This document shows, one piece after another, positions 37,770 through 50,635 of a stretch of 64,000 nucleotides of DNA (the first letter of the stretch is position 1; each line of letters opens with the position of its first letter). The DNA is from Octopus sinensis (lineage: Eukaryota): NCBI RefSeq assembly GCF_006345805.1, contig NC_043010.1:14632001-14696000 (forward strand), read 5' to 3'. Below the pieces are notes generated by a model. That model saw nothing but the letters and a program-made list of their open reading frames with translations. It was not told the DNA's origin and did no database searches. A program made the position numbers and the translations under genes.

Positions 37770-38166
37770 CTAGTAAAGTACTGGTATCGCTGTTGCTGAT
37801 GAGCGAACGGTCTTCGTCCCAGAGCTCGCAAGATGGGAGAAGTCCGAAACGTGGTCCTTTGCTATTCGTAAGACCTGCAGAAGAGAAAGCAGGTCAACCC
37901 CCGACACCGAGAGCATCGACGGATAGATGAATGCGCATCCAGGCTCAGCGGTTGCGTAGGTCGTCGGGGACAAGAAACAGGAAGAAAGAGTGAGAGAAAG
38001 TTGTAGCGAAAGAGTACAACAGGGGTCGCCACCACCCCCTGTCGGAGCCTCGTGGAGCTTTAGGTGTTTTCGATCAATAAACACACACACAACGCCCTGG
38101 GAATCGAAACCGCGATCCTTCGACCGCGAGTCTGCTGCCCCAACCATTGGGCCATTGCGCCTTCAC
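37770..38166 (-). mobile_element. SINE family C with a distinct 3' tail (type 4)
   Basis: Head and body match other C copies. 37770-37965 is unlike the other three tails. Confidence 0.7.
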
Positions 38167-38447
38167 TGGTGTCGCTGTATCTGATTAGCCCCATACTTTC
38201 TCCAAATAGATAATTCAGTCATAGGACCACTTGTAGGAGGATTGGAAGGGTCACTAAAGCACCGGAGAAAATGCTTTTACGGTATTTCCCCACTTGTATG
38301 CGCTGCCAGTTATTCAAATATCGCCAAGCTCCTCATTAGAATGACGGTGATGAGCTGATGATGGAAATATTGTAATTGATAATTATGATGATAACGAAAA
38401 GCCTGTTGATTTCTAACCACTTCGACCTCTGTCATCACCATACTCAT

Positions 38448-38510
<63 letters not shown>

Positions 38511-38544
38511 CACCACCACCACCACCACAACCACCACCACCACC

Positions 38545-38765
38545 TATTTCTTTACTACCCACAAGGGGCTAAACACAGAGAGGATAAACAAGGACAGACA
38601 AACGGACTAAGTCAATTATATCGACCCCAGTGTGTAACTGGTACTTATTTAATCGACCCCGAAAGGATGAAGGGCAAAGTCGACCTTGGCGTAATTTGAA
38701 CCCAGAACGTAACGGCAGACGAAATGCCACTAAGCATTTCGCCCGGCGTGCTAACGATTCTGCCA
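38545..38765 (-). mobile_element. SINE family B monomer inserted in a (CAC)n tract
   Basis: Matches the B consensus. (CAC)n on both sides. Confidence 0.85.
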
Positions 38766-39539
38766 CCACCACCACCACCACCACTACTACTACTCTACTA
38801 CTACTACTACTACTGCCAGCAGCAGCAGCAGCAGCAGCAGCAACAAAAACAACAAGAGCAATTTTAACGTGTACAACAAGAAGCATCAGGGTAATTTTCT
38901 ACTATCATTAGCGCCACTTTTTTTTTAATTAAACATGTTGAAATGAGCTGCAGACTAAGAAATCGATTGAGCAATTTCGTAAACCATTATCCTTCACACA
39001 TACAAACATATACACACACACACACACGCATATACACGCATACACTCATATGTGCATACACACGTACAGGTGTATGCAATTTTTTCGAGCGTTATATGTA
39101 CTTGTGCCCGTGTGTGTATATTTATTTGAGTGAGTGCGCGTGTATATTCATGTCCTCAAGTATATATATATATATATACGTACGCACACTCATATACATT
39201 CATATATCATGTCTAATTAGCTATGTACATATTCCAATAGATTATATAAATACATAAATGTATGTATTATATATATATATACTTACAGATGACGGGTTAC
39301 TATTCAGAAACCCGGGTCTGTGTGTATCATCACGTAAGGCTAGAGATAGGAACGATGATTTCCCTTCGAAAATACTAATCAAACACAGGGAGTGTGTCGT
39401 TAGCCAGCTGGAGGAGATGTCTTCCTGGGGCTATAAACAACTGTAGCATCGTCCCGTATGGGGCTGCCACATTTAAGTGGCAAATAACCTTCACGATTCC
39501 GTGCTGTTACTGTTTACTTTACGTTCAGAGATTTATTGT

Positions 39540-39607
<68 letters not shown>

Positions 39608-39789
39608 TTCGTTTTGGGATTTGATTTGCAAGATTCTTTATATGAGTTCGTGTGTTGAAGCATATTCTGTTGTGTCTGGGGAATAAAAATAAAAATAAGA
39701 AATAAGTGGAAATTTTTACCGGTGATTGTGTTACATTATAAGGCACAAAAAGAAAATGACTCTCCACAGATACAACAATATATGTATAT

Positions 39790-39830
<41 letters not shown>

Positions 39831-39880
39831 GATATATATATATACATATATATATATAATATGTATATATATATATAATA

Positions 39881-40225
39881 GGGTAAAGACCCCCTTCGGT
39901 CATGAATGACCATGGGATTGCACCTAGAAAGTTACCCTCCTAGACACAAGTCCGGGCAAGTTGTTTATGGAAGACCAGCAGTCGCCCATGCATACTAGCC
40001 TCCCCATTCCACGCCACCAGTGTTATCCAAGGGAAAGACAAAGGTCGATACAGCTTGGCACCAGTGACGTCGCAACTCATTTCTACAGCTGAGTGAACTG
40101 GAGCAACGTGAAATAAAGTGCCTTGCTCAAGAACACAACAACACGCAGCCCGGTCCGGGATTCGAGCTCACAACCTCACGATCGTAAGCTCGACGCTGTT
40201 ACCACTGAGTCATGCGCCATGCGCC
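39881..40225 (-). mobile_element. SINE family D (tail type 2), full length
   Basis: Head GGCGCATGACTCAGTGGT and CORE-like TTGAGCAAGGCAC. Tail ..GGTCATTCATGACCGAAGGGGGTCTTTACCC is shared with 45910-46228. Confidence 0.85.
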
Positions 40226-40328
<103 letters not shown>

Positions 40329-40332
40329 TATA

Positions 40333-40380
<48 letters not shown>

Positions 40381-40405
40381 TATATATACATACATATATA
40401 TATAT

Positions 40406-40532
40406 GGCGCATGGCTCAGTGGTAACAGCGTCGAGCTTACGATCGTGAGGTTGTGAGATCGAATCCCGGACCGGGCTGCGTGTTGTGTTCTTGAGCAAGG
40501 CACTTTATTTCACGTTGCTCCAGTTCACTCAG

Positions 40533-40536
<4 letters not shown>
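40406..40536 (+). mobile_element. SINE family D 5' part, inverted relative to 40085-40225
   Basis: Near-exact reverse complement across a 180-bp (TA)n spacer. Confidence 0.85.
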
Positions 40537-40584
<48 letters not shown>

Positions 40585-41031
40585 CACATAAATATATATA
40601 TAATTGAAACACAAAAACACAATAGAGGACAATAAAACATCCGCATAGATAGACGATACAAAAGCGGACAGGAAACAACAGATAGTGGGAAAGGAAAAAA
40701 AGACTGGTCCTTCGTGGCCTTCTTTCACCACTCCAGTTTCCAGGTTGTCCTTACAGTTTCCGGCAGTTACATTTGAGACCGTTAATACCTGGTTGCCCCT
40801 CAAAAAGTTTAAGTTAAGCGCATTAGATTTTTTGTAAGAAAGTACTCGAATGTGTACAACAACAACAAAGACAAAAATCGGAGAACATGTTGCATAATTA
40901 CAAATACAAACAACAAGAATATAACAACATACTCACAGACACATATACACGCATACACACATATGGGCGTACATACGTTCAGGCGCATGCAGTCATTGCA
41001 TGCGTTATATATACTTGTGACGGTGTGTAGG

Positions 41032-41122
<91 letters not shown>

Positions 41123-41849
41123 ATACGTATATATGTATGTATATGTATGTATATATGTATGTATATATGTATGTATATATGTGTATATATAATGATGATG
41201 ATGATGATTATGATGACACTTTAAATATATTTACAGCCATCAATCCATCCATACACACACAAACACATTTATATGTACGCTCACATAGATATTCATATAA
41301 CTGTATATGCATGAATACAATAGAATATAGAAAATCGTTAATGTAGAATCGATTAAATATAATTGATTCGTTTTGTCTAGCAAAATATATTACACCTTAA
41401 AAATAACATCACTGGCAGAAAACTCAAGGATACCAACTTCTAAAGAACAGCATAAAATCGTTTGTTATAAGTGTTCACACAAGGCTATTGCTAACGTCAA
41501 TAAATTGTGTAGAAGATGAAGAGATATTTACGTTCCAAGTATGTACACATAATATGTTGTGTATATTTGTGTTATATTCAGAAAAAGGGGAAATGAAAAC
41601 AGTACAAAAACGGTGGGAATAGACTGAGAAAAAGAAAAAAAAGGCGAGAAGAGGCACTAAGAAAAGACTGTGGAAATAAAAGAAGGCAGATAAACAGTAG
41701 AAGACAATTGAAGAAAATGGCATCGAAGAACAATTGAAAGATAGACTTTTCACAGAAAAGCAGATGTAAATAATAGTTTAATAATCAGTGGAAAAATAAT
41801 GGCAAAGGACAATGTATAAATGGTGGGTAAATACGTTCGTAAAAGACTT

Positions 41850-42050
41850 TAGGAAAACATATTGGAAACGTATTGAAAGCACACATATGAAAATACGATG
41901 GAAAACATGTTGGAAAAGTTTTTAGTAAATACATTGTTAAAACGTTATTAGAAAAACACGTTGGAAAACATATTGAAAAGCATATTGGAGGCAGATGACA
42001 TTACAAAAAAGTTATTGGAAAAAAAAAGTCATTGAAAACACCTTTTGTAA
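41850..42050. repeat. Degenerate ~12-bp minisatellite (GAAAACATATTG-like)
   Basis: Recurrent GGAAAACATATTG / GGAAAACATGTTG / GAAAAACACGTTG units. Confidence 0.6.
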
Positions 42051-42503
42051 AAGGCCCTGGGAAAGATAGTGATAAAATACTTTGGTAACAAAAAATAAAA
42101 AGGGCAAAACAAAAACCAACCGCAAAAAAGGAAAAAAAAAACAAAAAATTATTTGGAAATAAAATGAAATTTAAAACTAAAAAACTTTAAAAAAAATGAG
42201 AATAGAGAAAGAAATATTGGAAAAATATTAGCTAGCATTGGTGACACCTTGAATAAGATCTGAGGTGGGACCGGGTTTGGTTTTAAAGAATTTTGAACAT
42301 AAAAGATGCGGATGGATGGGGGAAGAAAATGGCAGTCATCAATTACTTTCGAATTCACAAATTATGAAAGAGTGTCGGATTAAACGGAGAAGCAAACGAA
42401 CGAATTTGGCTCAACGTCAACATTGGCTACATCACTGCTTCCTTGTCACCGTCGTTGTTGTTGCTATTGTTGTTGTTGTCGTCAGCGTCGTCGTCGTTAT
42501 CAC

Positions 42504-42535
<32 letters not shown>

Positions 42536-42627
42536 ATATCATGGATATTTTCATCATCTTCACCAAACACTTTTCACTTCCAGAAATATGGAAGAAACAC
42601 AGATTTTCATGCAAACCAATTCATCAT

Positions 42628-42684
<57 letters not shown>

Positions 42685-43577
42685 TTCCATTTCTTTCATT
42701 GAGTGTTTGTGTGTTTGTTTCTTTCTGTTTTGTCTTTCATACTTATCAACTATTTCACCAAAACACCATGTATGTACGTATGTATGTATGTATGTATGTA
42801 TGTATGTATGTATGTATGTATGTATGTATGTATGTTGTAGGTATGTATGTATGTATATATGTTACAGTATACATTTCCGTGTACAGAATTTACATAACTA
42901 TATATGTGCATGATATATACATATACATACATATATTAATGTATATATATATATATATATATATGAATATACAATATCCATATATTATGTATAAGCATAC
43001 ATGCATATGTATGTGAATTACTTTTATATATATATATATACATATATAATACATAATATAATGTATATACATTTATATATATTTATATACATAGATACAT
43101 ATATATAATATACATAGATACACACTATATATATACAATATATATGTATATATATATACATATAATATATTTACATATATATATATATGTATATATATAT
43201 ATACATATATATATATACATACATACACACAATAATATATATATATATATATATTTATTATATATATAATATATATATATATATATATTATACACACAGG
43301 AAAATTTGACGCCATCATATATAAAAACCGTCGTCGTAAATTTCAGGGAAATCTCTTATTAAGAGAAACAGACACAGCAACAACAATAACAACAGTGTTA
43401 AACTAATTCAAATAACAAGAATCAAGCTGGCATGTTTATTACTGCAATATCAGACAAATGCATAACTGACTGACCAACGTATTTTGCAGATAGCGAGACC
43501 TCACTTCTAATAATAAGGCAAACGCTCCAACCAATGAAATTTTGAATATTTACAATGCGGCTATAGATGTAGAAATG

Positions 43578-43895
43578 TGGAGGCGCAATGGCCCAGTGGT
43601 TAGGGCAGCGAACTCGCGGTCACAGGGTCGCGGTTTCGATTCCCCAGACCGGGCGTTGTGAGTGTTTATTGAGCGAAAACACCTAAACGTCTCTCTCTCC
43701 ACGAGGCTCCGGCAGGGGATGGTGGTGATCCCTGCTGTACTCTTTCACCACTTTCTCTCACTCTTTCTTCTGTTGGCCTGCTCGCTTAGCAAGCGGGGTG
43801 GCGTCATTCGAAGGCTAAAACAATGCGAACGCATTGTGACCAGCGATGTGTAACAAGATCTGATAGCCTGGTCGGTCACGGTGATCATGGTGATA
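43578..43895 (+). mobile_element. SINE family C (tail type 3)
   Basis: A-box TGGCCCAGTGG and B-box-like GGTTTCGATTCC. Tail partly shared with 45294-45510. Confidence 0.85.
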
Positions 43896-43952
43896 TTTAT
43901 ATATATATAAAACAGTACATATATATATATATAACAAACAGTATATATATAT

Positions 43953-43983
<31 letters not shown>

Positions 43984-43986
43984 GTA

Positions 43987-44065
<79 letters not shown>

Positions 44066-44101
44066 ATATATATTATATATATATATATATATATTGTATA
44101 T

Positions 44102-44490
44102 GTGGAGGCGCAATGGCCCAGTGGTTAGGGCAGCGGACTCGCGGTCATAGGATCGCGGTTTCGATTCACCAGACCGGGCGTTGTGAGTGTTTATTGAGTG
44201 AAAACACCTAAATCTCCACGAGGCTCCGGCAGGGGATAGTGGTGATCCCTGCTGTCTCTTTCACACCACAACTTTCTCTCACTCTTTCCTTCCTGTTTCT
44301 GTTGTACCTGTATTCAAAGGGGCCGGCCTTGTCACTCTCTGTGTCACGCTGAATATCCCGAAACTACGTTAAGAGTACACGTGTCTGTGGAGTGCTCAGT
44401 CACTTACACGTTAATTTCACGAGCAGGCTGTTCCGTTGATTCGGATCAACCGGAACCCTCGTCGTTGTAACCGACGGAGTGCTTCCATCC
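44102..44490 (+). mobile_element. SINE family C (tail type 2)
   Basis: Near-identical to 52868-53254. Confidence 0.88.
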
Positions 44491-44891
44491 AGATGTAGAA
44501 ATGATGCTTGAACCATAAATATATGCCATGCATTATTACCAACTAACACCATATTTATGTATACGCGTATAAACGTATATATGTATTTCTACGTATGGAT
44601 GTACATACGTGTATACACGCATAGAAATACACAGACAGACACACACTCTCTCTCACACACACACGTGCGCGTAGTATATTAATGTTCGTTTTATGTCGAG
44701 TTATCATGAAAAACAAATTATCATTAAACTTAAAAATTAATCAATGCATTTTCGTTGAGTACAGATTTATTTTTCTTAAAAGAGCTGCATTACGATGAGG
44801 GTGGTAGGCCAAAACTCCGAAGTCACTGTCAATATTATACTTCCAAAAACAATACTACACAGGAACGTATATATATATATATATATATATA

Positions 44892-45010
44892 TAGGCGCAA
44901 GAGTGGCTGTGTAGTACGTGTCTTCTAATATAGCCTCGAGCCGACCAAAGCCTTGTGAGTGGATTTGGTAGACGAAAATTGAAGCCCGTCGTATATGCGT
45001 GTGTGGGGTG
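44892..45010 (+). mobile_element. SINE family A, internally deleted fragment
   Basis: AGGCGCAAGAGTGGCTGTGT..GCCTTGTGAGTGGATTTGGTAGACG. Confidence 0.7.
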
Positions 45011-45293
45011 CCTGTGTGTGTATGCTGAAGTGGAGATAGCATGTTCTTTGTCTATCTTCTTAACTTCTTTGATGTTTTAGGTATAATTATACTAATGTGT
45101 CCATCTGTTCTAATTTAATTAAATTCTATGTCTTTGTGCAGCTGAAGATTGTTCTGCATTTTAAATTGATGTAATGATTGCATTGTTCAATTAAATGGAG
45201 TTGCATGAAACGATTGTACTGCATTACCTCTTGATATTCTTGTTGCTTATTTTGATTTTAATCATCTTACTTTGAAATTGTCTGAATAATACT

Positions 45294-45750
<457 letters not shown>

Positions 45751-45909
45751 ATGGCATTTTCGCTATGAGTTACAGATTTACATTTTTCTTTAAAAGAGCT
45801 GCTTACGATGGTGGTGGTAGGCACAAAACTCCGTTAAGTCACTGTCAATATTATATATATAATATATATAGATATAATATAGATAGATATATATATATAT
45901 ATATATAGT

Positions 45910-46228
45910 GAAGGGCGCACGGCTCAGTGGTTTGTTGCGTCGTGCTCAAATCACGAGTTAGAGTTTGATTTCCGGGCCGGTGTTTGTGTGTTGTGTTCTT
46001 GAGCAAGACACTTTACTCCAGTTCACTTAGCTGCAGAAATGAGTTGCGACGTCACTGATGTGAAGTCTTTGTCTTCCCCTTGGATGACATTGGTGGTACG
46101 GAGAGGGGAGGTTGGTATGCATGGGCAACTGCTAACCTTCCATAAACAACTTTGCTCGGACTTGTGCTTCGGAAGCAAACTCTCTAGGTGCAACCTCATG
46201 GTCATTCATGACCGAAGGGTGTCCTTTA
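45910..46228 (+). mobile_element. SINE family D (tail type 2)
   Basis: Reverse complement of 39881-40225 with divergence. Confidence 0.8.
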
Positions 46229-47187
46229 ATATGTATATGTGTATGTATATATGTATGTATGTATGTATGGGATTGACTCAGTGCACAGCCTTTCCTCACT
46301 TAAAAAAGCAAATGTTCTTGCACAGGCATTGCACGATAGCAACATTGTTCATGATTGTTGATGGTGATGTGCGTCTCAACTGAATGGCCTTAAAAAGCAA
46401 ATAAAAGTCACATTCGATCACAGCACCAATAACAGTTAGGCTTCGTGCAATGGCCATACTCGATAACGAGGGGGCAGCCATCATGTATGTATGTATGTAT
46501 GTATGTATGTAGTATGTATGTATGTATGTATGTATGTATGTATGTATGTATGTGTGTTTGTGTGTGTTTGTGTGTGAATATGCGTGTGTGTGCCTGTTTG
46601 AATCTATATAATAATAATAATGATGATGATGAGGAGGAGGATGATGATAATAATAATAATGATAATAATAATTAGCACATGCAACTTAAATTGGACGTAT
46701 CTTTTTTGGCTAGACTTTCTAAGTAAGCACTGACTATATAAGTTGATGAAATCATCGACTGCATCTGTGGAAGTCCTAATTATTCTTCGTTTAAACACCA
46801 GCACTGTCGCTAATGGCTAATTTAATTTATTTTGTGTTTTATTCGTATCCCCGCCGACTTATCGTCACATCACTAGCTGTCTGGCCATTATCATGCTATG
46901 TCAGTTTGACCGATTTTTCGTTCTGGCATTCGGTGCGAAGTGGGCTAACGCTGACGATCCGCAGAGGGGGTGAAATCAGGTGATGCGGTGGTGCAATCCA
47001 CTAGAGCAGACGGCAATTTCCTCAGCTGAAATCGTAGGAGCTTAGTTAATATGTGTCAATAAGAGATAATAAATATCTCTGGATGTTAACAGCAAGTAAC
47101 GGCGACCCAAACAAGGCATCCAATTTAAGTTGGATGTTCTAATTAGAATTCGGTACAAACACTGCTACTGATATTAATCGCTAATCT

Positions 47188-47230
<43 letters not shown>

Positions 47231-47436
47231 TGCACATTCATACACACACAGACATACATACTTAAATATTATATATATTATATATGCATGATATACATAC
47301 ATACATGCATACACACACACACACATATATATATACAACTTATAAACAAGGGCAAAAGAAAAAAAATTCTAATGCCAAATATGCCGAAACTAGACACATC
47401 GTCCATAACCATATAATTCATCACTATAAGCAAAAT

Positions 47437-47469
<33 letters not shown>

Positions 47470-48033
47470 CTGATGTTCATAATGGAGCGTAAGCCAAAAA
47501 TATGAAAAAAAAAACAGTGTAAAGGAAATAGCTCGGGGCATGCTTTGTAAACTCATTTGAATCAGGATTAATATAAGTAATATTTTTCAAAATGTTCTTA
47601 ATTTGCTAATATAAGAAGTAATATGAAGTAATAATACTGCCTGAATCAGCCATTTTAATGTACCAAATTGGGTTATTAATATTCTGAAGTAAGTCTATAA
47701 TAGCATTTGCTAAACTCATTGTTATTTTGAAATAACAGCAGAGTTGCAAGGTAAATTTAAATGGAAAGAAACGAGAAATATGGAGTAGCGTAGCATAGAA
47801 TTAACCATTGATTTTAAATACCATTCGATACTGTTCCTCTTGAAAACCAAATGTGATGCGGAAATTGCATGAATATAATGATAAAAGCTAAACTGAAAAT
47901 AAATTTTAAGTCAGACCAATCTAACTTGTGAGAATACTTTTGCATTCGAATGCAATTATCTTTAAAGAGGCAATTCTTCGGGATATGCATTTATGAGTAG
48001 AAGACTTGATTATATTGCGGTCGGAAAGAGTTT

Positions 48034-48658
48034 TTAGAATGAAGTTGAGGATAATGAAAAATGAAACTTGAAATTTAGTATGCACCTCCAATTCGGAACA
48101 CAGATACCTCAAAACCTTAACTTTTCTCCACCAACATCATACAAAGTAATGAATCTGCAATTAAAATCTAGATTACAAAACGAAACATTTATTTAAAAAT
48201 TTGTTTCCATATGTTAGAAAACGTATGCCCTCAGAATTTTTAGTAGAGGTCGTTCACTTGCGTTTCTCAGTAGAAAACTTGTAATAGGGGCGTAACAGAT
48301 AAAATGCAATACACAACGTGCTCTAGTGTCCAAAACTTAAAATTAGACTAAGAAATATGTTATGTTATAATCCAGCCTTCAGTTGTAACGTAAGTACAAA
48401 TAGTACCACAGGTTTTTCGCATTTATTCTCTTCAGTCTGACGTATCGGAAAATATGAGATTTGTCATAGAATTTTCCTCAAGCTTAGTAGTTATTGTAAA
48501 AATTTGCAAGCTTCTAATGAAGCTTGCAAATTTTAATTGCAGATTCATTACTTTGTATGATGTTGATGGAGAAAAGTTAAGGTTTTGAGGTATTTGAGTT
48601 TCGAATTGGAGGTGCATACTAAATTTAAAGTTTCATTTTTCATTATCCTCACTTCTAA
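48034..48658. repeat. Inverted repeat, ~130 bp arms (48034-48167 / 48530-48658), with an internal perfect 13-bp hairpin
   Basis: Arms read as reverse complements. AATTTGCAAGCTT-CTAATG-AAGCTTGCAAATT at 48501-48532. Confidence 0.75.
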
Positions 48659-49108
48659 GAAAGCAACGAAAAGCATGAGGTATTATTTATTACGTTTCAG
48701 TTTCCAATATATTACTCTCTCTTCATCTCTTGCTTACACTTACACCTTTACATTCAACTCATTGGTCTCTCTCCCCATCTCTCCCCCTCTCTCTCCCCCT
48801 CTCTCTCATTCTGTCTCACTCACTCACTTACTTACTCACTCATTCACTCACTCACCCACTCACTATCTCTCTCCCCCCATATATATATATATATAATATA
48901 TATATTATATATATATATATAATAATAATAATAATAATATAAAAATAATAATAATATTAGGGAGTATAGCTCCAACTTACAGGGAAAATTCGATTTAGTA
49001 TTAAATCAAATTAGAGATAAAACCACTATTATGCAGCTCAAACAGTGATAGACATAACCAAAAAATAAATATCAAATAATATAATCTTTATATATTATAT
49101 ATATATAC

Positions 49109-49303
49109 CGGAGTAAACCACATAAATGTGAAACAAGGTGGAAAAAAGAGTACTCAAATACCAGTGGTAGAGTAATATGCTTTATTTTAAGCAGCAGAAA
49201 ATTCAACAAATCTGTTACTCTGAGTTTCTCGTTGCCGTTCATGAACGGCAACGAGAACTCGAAGTAACAGATTTTGTTGAATTTTCTGCTGCTTAAAATA
49301 AAG
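49109..49303. mobile_element. Penelope-like-element-type palindromic repeat with partial hammerhead motifs
   Basis: Spacer-less palindrome 49180-49303 centred on GTTCATGAAC. The left arm, read on the minus strand, has ATGA-ACG-GCAA-CGA-GAAA-CTCAGAG-TA-ACAG; the right arm is a mutated version on the plus strand. Homologous to 57636-57806. Confidence 0.6.
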
Positions 49304-49337
<34 letters not shown>

Positions 49338-49466
49338 TTAATATATATATATATATAGTTATATATATATATATTTTATATTATTAATTATATTATATTA
49401 TTGTTATTTATGTATTGGTTTATGTCTATCACTTTTTGAGTTGCATAATAGTGGTTTTATCTCTAA

Positions 49467-49516
<50 letters not shown>

Positions 49517-49532
49517 ATAAAAACACATAGAT

Positions 49533-50265
49533 AAATATACAAACGAACATTTACTACATTACGCAGGCGAACAGAAAGCACAGAAGCTCACCAACTGCTC
49601 ATCAGTTATTGGCCAGAGAAGTCGAACGCAATTTCAGCCATTATCGATAAAATTGCTTCCACCCTAGAGGCACCGGCAAGAAACTTGCCGGGAATGGGAC
49701 CAAAACATAACGAAACGAAGCCGTTAGTGGACGGATAAGGGACAAAACAATAAACAGAATGAAGGCTTAGGCCCAGACAAAGACAACAATTAATAACAAA
49801 ATAGTAATACATATACAAAAAATGCCTTATGGCTGCAAAATATATGCAACAAAAAAGCCTTATGGCTGCGAAGGAGAAATGAAAACTGTCCTAAACGACT
49901 ATAGACACGGGAATGGTGCAGCAAGGAGCAAAGAGAATAGTGATCGGTCCGGTCCAAGGCAACGTGAAAAAGAATGACACCACCTTAGGTCGTCATGGGT
50001 CACGTGATAGTTGTTTTTGCCTAGCCCTAAGCCTTTATTCTGTTTTTTGTTTTGTCCCTCGTCCTTCCATTAACGGTCTCGTTTCGTTACGTTTTGGTCC
50101 CGTTCCCGGCAAATTTCTTGCCGGTGCCTCCAGAGTGGAAGCAATATTATCGATAATGGCCGAAATGGCGTTAGGCATCCTTGGCCAATAACTGATGAGG
50201 AGTTGGTGACTTTCTGTGCTTTCTGTTCATCTGTGTATTTAGTACATTCTCGTTTGTTTAATACT
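49533..50265. repeat. Diverged foldback element, ~260 bp arms (49533-49790 / 50008-50265)
   Basis: The same peptide-like string appears on opposite strands (ORFs 49606-49818 minus and 49913-50191 plus share GPxPGKFLAGASRVEAILSIMAE). Confidence 0.8.
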
Positions 50266-50635
50266 TACACGCTTTTTTAATTATATATAGGCATGTCAAA
50301 TTTTCCGTTTGTAGTCATTTTGCTTAATCCTGAAAATATTATTTATGTAACACACGCACTCCTTTTCGCTGTCAAAGGAAAGCACCGAGACAACGTTGGC
50401 AAGAAACAGTTTAATTTCTGCTCCCCTTAACAGTCTTGACTTCCACATTCCCTTGAGTTTGTGACACGCTATTCTAATTCATGCTTTTATGAACACACAC
50501 ACATACACACACAAGCACGCGCATACACATGTACATACACACACAACACATGCACACACGCTCGCATACACGCAAGCACACATACACACAAACACGAATG
50601 TAATAAAGCTTAAAAAATGTTACCTTCTCAATTCA

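Noticed and set aside
39281-39340. Possible 45-bp exon (TTACAG acceptor, GTAAGG donor)
   Set aside because: Splice-like signals this short occur by chance, and no recognisable product or partner exons exist.
41370-41500. Possible PLE endonuclease C-terminal remnant (..CL..KY.. / ..KCSHK..)
   Set aside because: The resemblance needs several frameshifts and is not supportable by eye.
48430-48620. PQNLNFSPSTSYKVMNLQLK as a Helitron helicase motif
   Set aside because: Similarity is too weak and no other helicase motifs are found nearby.
50155-50215. GAAA ... CTGATGA as a possible type II hammerhead in the foldback arms
   Set aside because: Stems I and II cannot be paired in either arm copy.
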